Assembly (NCBI GenBank): GCA_963834405.1 | Contig: CAWIBX010000006.1 | Location: forward strand, 281,577 to 345,576 | Direction of reading: 5' to 3' | From: an uncultured Acidimicrobiaceae bacterium | GTDB lineage: Bacteria; Actinomycetota; Acidimicrobiia; Acidimicrobiales; RAAP-2 | Length of the DNA: 64,000 bases | Shown: positions 17,909 through 25,783 of the stretch, piece by piece | Layout of the letters: each line of letters starts with the position of its first letter | How positions within the stretch are numbered: the first letter of the stretch is position 1 | Position numbers and translations under genes: made by a program | The notes under the pieces: generated by a model | What the model saw: the letters and a program-made list of their open reading frames with translations, nothing else | Told to the model about the DNA's origin: nothing | Database searches by the model: none

Positions 17909-18856
17909 CTATTGGGGCGACCCGAGTGCCCGATCAAGGTTGACCGCGGCGCTGATGAGGGCCAAATGGGTGAAGGCCTGCGGAAAGTTTCCTCTGGCTT
18001 CGCCGGTGACGGAGGTCTCCTCGGCGAACAGTCCCAGGTGGTTGGCGTACCCGAGCATGCTCTCGAAGACGAACCTGGCCTCGTCCAGACGGGACCTGTC
18101 CGACCTTCCCGCGCGCGTCATGGCGTCGACCAGCCAGAAGGAGCACATGTTGAAGGTCCCCTCGTCACCCGGAAGTCCGTCGGGGCTGGTGAGGGTGTTG
18201 TAGCGATAGACCAGGTTGTTGGCGACGAGGCCCCCTTCTTCGGGTGGTCGGTTGATGGCGTCGATGGTGGCCAACATCTTGGGGTCGGTCGGAGCTACGA
18301 AGAAAACGAGGGGCATCACAAGGACACTGGCGTCCAACGTGTCGCTGTCGTAGGCCTGCATGAACGCCTGGTGTTTGTCGCTCCATCCATGCGCCATGAT
18401 GTCCTCGTAAATCTGGTCACGCACGCGCAGCCATCGTTCGCGGTCGGCAGGGAACGAACGCGCGTCGGCAAGGCGCAAGGCCCGGTCGACGGCCACCCAG
18501 CACATGACCTTCGAGTACACCCAGTGCCGGCGGCCCCCACGTGTCTCCCAGATGCTTTCGTCCTCGCGCTGCCAGTTCTCACAGACCCAGTCGACGAATC
18601 GGCGAAGTGCGACCCATAGATCGAACGAGACGGGTGTGCCGTGCTTGTTGAACAGGTAGGCGGCATCGACGAGCTCGCCATAGATGTCGAGCTGTAATTG
18701 GCCTGCCGCGTCGTTGCCGACACGTACGGGGCGTGACTCCCGGTAGCCCCCGAGGTGGTTCAACTCCTCCTCAGCCATCAGGCGCCGGCCGTCGATGCCG
18801 TACATGATGGGGAGGGAGCCGTCAGGCCGTCGCCCTCGTTGCCAACTCGCTTCCAC
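17909..18856 (-). pseudogene. 3' fragment of a GH15 (glucoamylase/trehalase-type) glycoside hydrolase
   Basis: Only the C-terminal ~300 aa are present ([10 protein letters not shown]...[21 protein letters not shown]...[11 protein letters not shown]). The N-terminal half expected for this family is absent. Homology begins at the junction near 18830. Confidence 0.7.
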
Positions 18857-19313
18857 TGATCCCTTGCGGAAAGCCGAGGTAATTCTCGATCATGGAGGTC
18901 GTCCCCGCCTGACCCCCGGGCGCCAGTGATTCGATGGCTACGGCGCGCAAGCCCTCGGAGGCCGCGTACACCGCCGCCGCCAGCCCGGCGGGACCGGCGC
19001 CGACGATCGTCAGGTCGTACTCCGACCACATCGGCGCTGACACCATCCCCAGGCCAGCCGCCACGCTTTCCAGCGTGGCGGGAGCAAGCCGGTCGCCGTT
19101 GGGGAGGATACAGACGGGCAACTGGCCCGCGTCTGTCTCGTCGCCCTGCAGCAACGATGCAGCGCGCTCCGCATCGTCGACGTCGACCCACTCGTAGGGC
19201 ACGCCGTTGCGGCTGAGAAAGTCACGGATGCCGTAGCCGACCGCGGACGCCCGCTGCCCGAGCAAGACGACCTGAGGCGTGACGGAACGCGCGTCGTAAT
19301 CGATCATCGACAT
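18822..19313 (-). pseudogene. 5' fragment of a TrxR-like FAD oxidoreductase (paralog of 16195..17856)
   Basis: Thioredoxin-fold segment plus YDLTIVGAGPAGLAAAVYAASEG...[21 protein letters not shown], then a stop. The NAD(P) domain and C-terminal FAD half are missing. Confidence 0.7.
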
Positions 19314-19510
19314 GGCGCTCGACCTGCCTTCATGGTTTTCAGGCTCGCACACGTCGACCTGGTCGGACGCCTGCTCTGCGGAGGCCTGCCCAAGGAGTTG
19401 CTGATCCCACTCACCGAGTCGCTCGAAGCCACTTTTGACCACATTGTCCAGCACGGGACGCTTCCGGGCCCGGCCTCCGAGACATAATCACCGGCGCCCG
19501 TGCCTGACGA

Positions 19511-19867
19511 TTATGGGTGGAGCTGCAGCTGCCAATCGGCCGGAACCCGCCCGCTCGGTCCTGGGACAGTTTGATCAAGGGGGTGGTGCGTGGGCGGTGC
19601 GAGGTGCGGACCCGATACGTAATCTTCGGTCCGGTAGTCGTAGAACCAGTCCTCACCGGGCTCAAAGCTTGCGATGACGGGATGGCCCGTCCCGCGGGCG
19701 TGTTTGCTCGCATGCTGCTCAGGCGAGTTGTCGCAGCATCCGATGTGCCCGCACTGGGCGCAGCGTCGCAGGTGGAGCCACCAGCCGCCGGCGGCGTCAC
19801 ACTCGACGCATCCGGAACCGCTGGGTTCTGCGCTCGGGTCAATTGCCTGGTTGCTCACGTTAGCCAT
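19511..19867 (-). CDS. UBP-type zinc-finger protein
   Basis: CVECDAAGGWWLHLRRCAQCGHIGCCDNSPEQHASKHARGTGHPV, a Cys/His pattern of the zf-UBP fold. Confidence 0.8.
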   Translation of the reverse strand: MANVSNQAIDPSAEPSGSGCVECDAAGGWWLHLRRCAQCGHIGCCDNSPEQHASKHARGTGHPVIASFEPGEDWFYDYRTEDYVSGPHLAPPTHHPLDQTVPGPSGRVPADWQLQLHP

Positions 19868-19957
19868 CACCCCGGACAATAACGGGACGCTCGAACGCTT
19901 GAGACGTGAGAGGGATGCGATGTCGGCCGGCCGACCTTCGCACCCTCGTCCGCGGGG

Positions 19958-20803
19958 CTAGGGGCCCGGAGCGGGAACCCGGAGATCTGAGGAAGCTGCC
20001 GTGCCCATCCGAGCCTGCCACCAGTCGACGGGGACCACCCGCAACGCCAACGCGAGCGTGCCGCGGTCGAGGTCCTCGGCAAGTTGGGCGATCTGCACCA
20101 GCCGGTCAACGAGCAAATCATCGGTGATCTGACCCTCGATCTGCACGGCGCCGCTGGCGCGCGCCAGCCGTCCACGCCTGTGATCGTCCGGTGGACTCGA
20201 GCCGTCGAGAAGGCTGCCTAACCATGCCACGTCGGTTGCGAGTTCTACGTGGCGATCGATGACCTCTGCGTAGAGGTCGGAATTGAGCATCACCGAGGCC
20301 CACCGGCCGAGCATTTGGTCGCCGTGCAGGACTGAAGCTGCTATCTCCTCGTGCAAACCGTGGCGCCTCCTGGGATCGGTGACCAACTCTTTCAACGCGG
20401 GCGCCAGCTGCGTTTGGTCCCTCACGATGGGCGTGCCCACCTCGACGAGCGAGGCGGGGGTGACGTCGGACGGCAGGAGGCCGCTTTGCTCCAAAATGCC
20501 CGTCCATATGAACCGGGCGTTGCGCACCAGATCCAACAAGACGTACTGAGCCAACACGCTCCAGCGCCGGCGCCTGCGGCGTTCCAGCGCCTCGTTGAAG
20601 ATGCCGGCCGACAGCATCACGACGAGGATGCTCGCCGACAGGCCCGCCAGCAGCGCGTGCCCCTGCCAAAAGGAGTCGTCGAGGACATCGGAGAGGATTC
20701 CGGCGGTCAGCGCCAGCGCGGCGACTGCTGCCAGAACCCGCGTGCCCAGCAGATAGGCGTCGATCGAATCCAAGCGCAGGGGGCCGTTGCCGTGACGGGT
20801 CAC
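19958..20803 (-). CDS. Hypothetical protein, two N-terminal TM helices plus helical cytoplasmic domain
   Basis: Coding-like composition across 281 aa. TM helices VLAAVAALALTAGIL and LLAGLSASILVVMLSAGIF are followed by RRRRRRW. No family recognised. Confidence 0.55.
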   Translation of the reverse strand: MTRHGNGPLRLDSIDAYLLGTRVLAAVAALALTAGILSDVLDDSFWQGHALLAGLSASILVVMLSAGIFNEALERRRRRRWSVLAQYVLLDLVRNARFIWTGILEQSGLLPSDVTPASLVEVGTPIVRDQTQLAPALKELVTDPRRRHGLHEEIAASVLHGDQMLGRWASVMLNSDLYAEVIDRHVELATDVAWLGSLLDGSSPPDDHRRGRLARASGAVQIEGQITDDLLVDRLVQIAQLAEDLDRGTLALALRVVPVDWWQARMGTAASSDLRVPAPGP

Positions 20804-20889
20804 TGGCGCGCCAGGTTAGGCCCACGCACGTGTTTATTTGGTCGGCATGCTCGCCGGGAGCGGCGCCACCAACGTCCGACGGAAGAGGC

Positions 20890-21177
20890 TCAGGCCAGCA
20901 CGCCCCGAATGTCCTCCAGCGACAGCTCGGAAGTCGCCTGCACCCCGCACTGGGTGCACTCTGGGCTGTGCCGCCAGGAGCAGATCATCCGGGTGCCCTT
21001 CTCGTTGAGCAACACGGTGAAGGCGTCCGAGTCCACGGCCAATTCGAGCCTGGCGTACGGCCGCCATGAGGTGACGACGGTGCGGTCCTGCACCTCTATG
21101 CCCTTCAGGATCCTGCGAAAGCGCAGGTGATCTGTGTCGAACACCCAGGTGCTGTTGCAGGACTCGAGAACGGTCAT
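20890..21177 (-). CDS. Small hypothetical Cys-containing protein (95 aa)
   Basis: ATG at 21177 (MTVLESCNSTWVFDTDHLRF...). The upstream part of the listed ORF lies in a lower-G+C non-coding stretch. No family recognised. Confidence 0.4.
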   Translation of the reverse strand: MTVLESCNSTWVFDTDHLRFRRILKGIEVQDRTVVTSWRPYARLELAVDSDAFTVLLNEKGTRMICSWRHSPECTQCGVQATSELSLEDIRGVLA

Positions 21178-21334
21178 TGATACCCCGGCCGAAGACATAG
21201 GACCAGTCTGCAGCCTGTGGATAAGAGTCCGATCAGAAGGACCTTGTGATTCTGTGACGATCGGCTGTAACAGCGCTCTGCCAAGCCAAGTCGGATAATT
21301 CGCTCGAGCATTCAGGGCAATCATCTTGCCCGCA

Positions 21335-21631
21335 TCAGGCCACCGCCTTTCCAGCGACATACACCCCGAGCATTGCGATTCCCATGAGCAAGACCCAGAC
21401 ATCGGTGAGACGGCGAAGCACGACGGGGGCGGCACGTACCTCCATGAACTCGCGCATGATGATCCGGACCTTGATCAACGCGAGGCAGATGGCGGCCACG
21501 GTGACCACCGTGCTCGCGGTGGGAAATCCCTGATGCGTGGCCGCGTGATCGATCCACAAGTACGCGAGCGAAATGGCCACCAGGATCAACCACACCCCGA
21601 AGAGCCGTTTGTTGAAGCCGCTTTCCACCAT
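21335..21631 (-). CDS. Prokaryotic cytochrome oxidase subunit IV (CyoD/QoxD)-like small membrane protein
   Basis: 98 aa with three hydrophobic helices (LFGVWLILVAISLAYLWI, VVTVAAICLALIKVRIIM, VWVLLMGIAMLGVYVAG). Its ATG shares one nucleotide with the upstream TGA. Confidence 0.65.
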   Translation of the reverse strand: MVESGFNKRLFGVWLILVAISLAYLWIDHAATHQGFPTASTVVTVAAICLALIKVRIIMREFMEVRAAPVVLRRLTDVWVLLMGIAMLGVYVAGKAVA

Positions 21632-22242
21632 CACCTCACCACGTAGAGCAGGGCGAAGATCAACACCCAGAAGAAGTCGACCGAGTGCCAATAAGTGGCA
21701 CAGGTCTCCACGGTCAGTTGAGAACGCCGCTTCTCGCCTGACAGCTGGTACACGAGCACCCCGAGCACGACGAAGCCGACCAGCAGGTGCACGAAGTGGA
21801 TCGCGGTCAGGAAGAAGTAGTACTGGAAGAACTGGCTACTGGTGAACGTGTCCCCCATGCGGATCAGCCGGACCCACTCGACGATCTTGAGGATGAGGAA
21901 CACCAGCCCGAAACCGGCGGTCAGGAACGCCTCCCGCCGGGCACGTTCGAAACGCCCCGCCCGGGCGTGCTGGACACATCGGGCGACGGCCCACGAGCTC
22001 GAGAGCAGGACGATCGTGTCGAGCACGCCCAGCCACAGCAGCAGGTGGGACTGTCCGAGCAGGAATGCCTGCTCGTGCTGTGTCCGGTTGAACAGGTAGA
22101 CGCAGAAATACGAGGTGAACACGAGGGATTCGAACAGCACGAAGAACCAGATGTCGCGCCCGCCGGGAACGTGCTCCGGCGAACCCTCGTCCGGCGACCC
22201 CTCCTCCGACGCGTGGGACACGTCGCGTTCGGTCGTCGTCAT
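21631..22242 (-). CDS. Heme-copper oxidase subunit III (CyoC/NorE)-like protein
   Basis: 203 aa, five-TM pattern with YYFFLTAIHFVHLLVG and ATYWHSVDFFWVLIFALLYV, hallmarks of subunit III. Confidence 0.85.
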   Translation of the reverse strand: MTTTERDVSHASEEGSPDEGSPEHVPGGRDIWFFVLFESLVFTSYFCVYLFNRTQHEQAFLLGQSHLLLWLGVLDTIVLLSSSWAVARCVQHARAGRFERARREAFLTAGFGLVFLILKIVEWVRLIRMGDTFTSSQFFQYYFFLTAIHFVHLLVGFVVLGVLVYQLSGEKRRSQLTVETCATYWHSVDFFWVLIFALLYVVR

Positions 22243-23015
22243 GGCGCCAGGAACTCGGCCAATACGCGACCTTGACCTTCCGCCGGCGGCAGGTCAGGCA
22301 TCGGCCCCGTGCCGAAGTCCTCGCGGAGGATCATGTTGCGCAGCAACATGATGAAGGCTCCGGTGTACATACCGAAGACGGCCACGTTGATCCACCAGGC
22401 GATCACGCCGTTCCAGGCGAAGACTCCGGCGTGGAAGATCCATGAGGGTGCGACTACAACCTCGGTCAGCCCGTTGCACAGGTTGAGGTAGGCGAACCAC
22501 ACGGGAAAGACGCGGTTCTTGTCGAGCAGGATGGCCAGCATCCAGATCAACGAGCCGATGAGGAAGACGCCCATGGTGCCGGAGAAGGACAGGAACCCGA
22601 GGTCGTAGAGCCACCGGAGGGTCTCCGGGTTGCGATCGGGCCGGAAGGCACCCACCGTCATGGCCACGCAGATGAACAAGAACCCGGGGACCGCACTGAC
22701 GGCGTAGAGGATCAGGTACGAGTAGGCGAAGGCACGGCTGACCGACATGCGCCGGATGGAGTAGGTGATCAGTGCGATCGACGTGGCGGAGAGCCCGCCC
22801 AGGACGAAGATCAGCGCAAAGCCGATGAGCAGGCCCTCGTGGCGGTTGGCGAACCACTCCACCACTTGATGGGGGGTGTACCACGGCTTCCCGGGCGGCT
22901 GGGTGCGCGTGATGATGAAGAAGACGACGGTGTAGAGGGAATAGAAGCCGATGGTGGCGTACCACGCCAGCCAGAGCTCCCGCTTGGGATCGTCGAGAAG
23001 CGCAGGTCTCTTCAC
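22239..23015 (-). CDS. Polytopic membrane protein, paralog B of unknown family
   Basis: GTG at 23015 overlaps the upstream TGA. Clear paralogy to 23012..23719: GAFRPDRNPETLRWLYDLGFLSF vs AAFRPYRPPALTQLYNDLAWITF, and GVFAWNGVIAWW vs GPFAWNGFLSFW. Confidence 0.7.
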   Translation of the reverse strand: MKRPALLDDPKRELWLAWYATIGFYSLYTVVFFIITRTQPPGKPWYTPHQVVEWFANRHEGLLIGFALIFVLGGLSATSIALITYSIRRMSVSRAFAYSYLILYAVSAVPGFLFICVAMTVGAFRPDRNPETLRWLYDLGFLSFSGTMGVFLIGSLIWMLAILLDKNRVFPVWFAYLNLCNGLTEVVVAPSWIFHAGVFAWNGVIAWWINVAVFGMYTGAFIMLLRNMILREDFGTGPMPDLPPAEGQGRVLAEFLAP

Positions 23016-23719
23016 GCCGACGCTTGCTCCGCCAGCCGATGGCGCCCGATCGCCTGCCCCAACACCACGGCCATGACGATGAGCCAGACGGCGATGGCGA
23101 CGTTCTTGACCCAGAACGACAGGAAGCCGTTCCAGGCGAAAGGTCCGGTGAGCGTCAGGCCGGCAAAGGCGGCCGGTACCAAAGCCATGGCGACGAGGAG
23201 GTTGAAGTGGCCGACCCACCGGGCGAACACGGGTCGCGCCTGCTCGTCGAGATAGATCGCCACGGCCAGGAAGAGGCAGAGGGCGACGAGGAAGGGCACG
23301 CCACAGGTGAACGTGATCCAGGCCAGGTCGTTGTAGAGCTGGGTGAGTGCGGGGGGACGATAGGGCCGGAACGCCGCCAGCAGCCAAAAGATCGTGGCCG
23401 TGAGAAACGCGATCGGCGCAGCACCGGCGACCCCGATCACGCAGTACCGGAGTATCGGGGTGCGGTGCGCCATGCCCCGCATGCGCTCCACGATCAGCAT
23501 CAGAATCGGGATCAGCGCGACGCAGAACCAGTTGAACAGGATCATGCTGTAGCGGACCCGCGATGTGTGGTCGGCATAGAACGCGGCCACCCTCCGCGCC
23601 GACCACTGCGGGGACATGGGCGGCAGGAACCCCGGGAAGAGGAAGAAGGCCGCGATCCAGATGATCGCCACGCCGGGCAGCGCCCAGAAGATGATCAGTT
23701 CGGCCGTCGTTCGTCTCAC
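23012..23719 (-). CDS. Polytopic membrane protein, paralog A of unknown family
   Basis: 235 aa with about 7 hydrophobic helices. First gene of the four-gene array. Divergent from the TetR gene at 23801. Confidence 0.7.
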   Translation of the reverse strand: MRRTTAELIIFWALPGVAIIWIAAFFLFPGFLPPMSPQWSARRVAAFYADHTSRVRYSMILFNWFCVALIPILMLIVERMRGMAHRTPILRYCVIGVAGAAPIAFLTATIFWLLAAFRPYRPPALTQLYNDLAWITFTCGVPFLVALCLFLAVAIYLDEQARPVFARWVGHFNLLVAMALVPAAFAGLTLTGPFAWNGFLSFWVKNVAIAVWLIVMAVVLGQAIGRHRLAEQASA

Positions 23720-23800
23720 CGCGCTCCCCCCGATCGGGCCACCACCACACAGAAGATAGCCGATCGACTACCCCAGGCAAGTGGGCTTAGATTTGGGGAC

Positions 23801-24388
23801 ATGGCTCCGTCGAGAACCGCCACTCGAGACAGACGAATGCGGAATCCTCCAACAGCTGCGCAGACCCGCATCATCGAAGCGGCGCTCCGAGAGTTCACGA
23901 AAAACGGCGTCGGGGGGACGTCTTTGCAGATGATCGCCGACGACATCGGCGTCACGAAGGCAGCCGTCTACCACCAGTACAAGACCAAGGCCGAAATTGT
24001 CCGAGCTGTCGCCGGCGCCGAGTTCGACCGCCTCGAATCGGTCCTCGATATAGCCGAATCCGAGGTGGACCAAGATCGGGCGCGCCAACTGGCGTTGACG
24101 ATGATCATCGATCTGGCCGTGGAGCGCCGCCGGGAGAACAGCACCATTCTCACCGACCCGCTCGTGGGTCGGCTCTTTGCGCGGGATCAGCGACCGCGAA
24201 AGGTCCTGAGTCGCCTGAACCGCCTACTCATGGGCCCAGATGGAGAACCGGACTCGGAAATCGCAACGGTCATGTTGACCGCGGCCATCAGCGGTGCCGT
24301 CATGCATCCGCTGGTTATCCGTCGCAACGACGAGACCCTGCGGACGCAACTCAGGACTCTGGCGGAGCGCTTCCTCGGAATCAGTTGA
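23801..24388 (+). CDS. TetR family transcriptional regulator
   Basis: IIEAALREFTKNGVGGTSLQMIADDIGVTKAAVYHQYKTKAEI HTH block. ATG at 23801. Confidence 0.85.
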   Translation: MAPSRTATRDRRMRNPPTAAQTRIIEAALREFTKNGVGGTSLQMIADDIGVTKAAVYHQYKTKAEIVRAVAGAEFDRLESVLDIAESEVDQDRARQLALTMIIDLAVERRRENSTILTDPLVGRLFARDQRPRKVLSRLNRLLMGPDGEPDSEIATVMLTAAISGAVMHPLVIRRNDETLRTQLRTLAERFLGIS

Positions 24389-25595
24389 TGTGGATCCCAG
24401 AGATCGCCCGGCTGATCACGAGCCGCTGAATCTCCGAGGTCCCCTCGAAGATCGTGTAGATCTTCGAGTCGCGGTGCCACTGCTCGACCGGGTTTTCCCG
24501 GACGTAGCCGTACCCACCCAAAATCTGGATGGCCTGCTCGGTCACCCACACGGCGTTCTCGCCGGCGTAGAGCTTGGACATGGAGCCCTCGCCGTTCTCG
24601 AACTTCTTGCCGGTGCTCGCCATGTTGGCCGCCCGCCAGACCAGCAGGCGGGAGGCGTCGGTGTGCATCTTCATGTCGGCCAGCTTGAAGGCGATGGCCT
24701 CGTTCTCGATGATCAGCTTGCCGAACTGCTTGCGCTCCTTGGCGTAGTCCAGGGCGAACTCGTAGGCCGCGCGTGCGATCCCCACCGCCTGCGCGCCCAC
24801 GATCGGACGTGACGCCTCGAACGTCGCCATCGCCGCCTGGGTCGAGGTCTTCTTGCCCTCCTTGGCCCGGGCCAGGCGCGCGTCGAGCTTCTCCTTGCCG
24901 CCGAGCAGGCAGCGCCCGGGCACGCGGCAGTCGTCGAGGATGACCTCGGCCGTGTGCGAGGCGCGAATGCCCATCTTCTTGAACTTCTGGCCCTGCGAGA
25001 TCCCCTTCGTGCCCTCGGGCACCACGAAACTGGCCTGGCCCCGGCTGCCGAGCTCGGGGTCGACCGACAGGACGAGCACGTGCGTGTTGGCGATGCCGCC
25101 GTTGGTGATCCACGTCTTGGTGCCGTTCAGCACCCACTCGTCCTTAGCCTCGTCGTAGACGGCGCGTGACTTCAGCGACGAGACGTCGGAGCCGGCATCG
25201 GGCTCGGACACGCCGAAGGCCGCCAGCTTTATGTCGTCGGGCGTCCCGAAGCACTGCGGGATCCACTCGCCGATCTGCTCGGGCGTCCCGTTGGCGAAGA
25301 TGCCCGCCACGGCGAGCGTCGAGCCGAAGATCGCCAACGCGATGCCGGCGTCACCCCAGCTCATCTCCTCGTTGACGAGGCACATGAGCAGGCCGGTCGG
25401 GTCCGAGAACGCCTGGGCGACGAAGTCGAAGGAGTACAGCCCGATCTTGGCCGCCTCCTCGATGATGGGCCACGGCGTCTCCTCCCGCTCGTCCCACTCG
25501 CGGCCGGCGGGGCGGATCGTGTTCTCTGCGAACTCGTGGACCCACTTGGTGATCTGGAGCTGATCCTCGTTCAGTTCGAGCGAGAAGTCGGACAT
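24381..25595 (-). CDS. Acyl-CoA dehydrogenase
   Basis: ILGGYGYVRENPVEQWHRDSKIYTIFEGTSEIQR C-terminal signature. ATG at 25595 (MSDFSLELNEDQ). Confidence 0.9.
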   Translation of the reverse strand: MSDFSLELNEDQLQITKWVHEFAENTIRPAGREWDEREETPWPIIEEAAKIGLYSFDFVAQAFSDPTGLLMCLVNEEMSWGDAGIALAIFGSTLAVAGIFANGTPEQIGEWIPQCFGTPDDIKLAAFGVSEPDAGSDVSSLKSRAVYDEAKDEWVLNGTKTWITNGGIANTHVLVLSVDPELGSRGQASFVVPEGTKGISQGQKFKKMGIRASHTAEVILDDCRVPGRCLLGGKEKLDARLARAKEGKKTSTQAAMATFEASRPIVGAQAVGIARAAYEFALDYAKERKQFGKLIIENEAIAFKLADMKMHTDASRLLVWRAANMASTGKKFENGEGSMSKLYAGENAVWVTEQAIQILGGYGYVRENPVEQWHRDSKIYTIFEGTSEIQRLVISRAISGIHIN

Positions 25596-25783
25596 CTTTC
25601 TGAGCCCTCCTTGGGCGGCCCGGCCCGTTGGCCGGGTGCTCGGTCGGGCGCCGGACCACCCCCGGACCGGCCCCGCCACCTCCTGCGGCCACCCGGTCCC
25701 GACGCCTTCCTTTGTTACCATACAGTAACCTACCAGCTGGGACCGGGTCCAGTACCACCCCTGACCTGCCGATTCGGCCCCGC

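Noticed and set aside
16177-17943. 588 aa plus-strand ORF
   Set aside because: It is the mirror frame of the cNMP/TrxR-like gene. No motifs, Arg/Gly/Asp-rich.
23729-23738. CCCGATCGGG palindrome 10 nt upstream of the membrane-operon start, considered as a TetR operator
   Set aside because: It is a short GC palindrome of a kind that arises by chance in this composition. It overlaps the expected RBS position rather than a promoter, so I did not call it.
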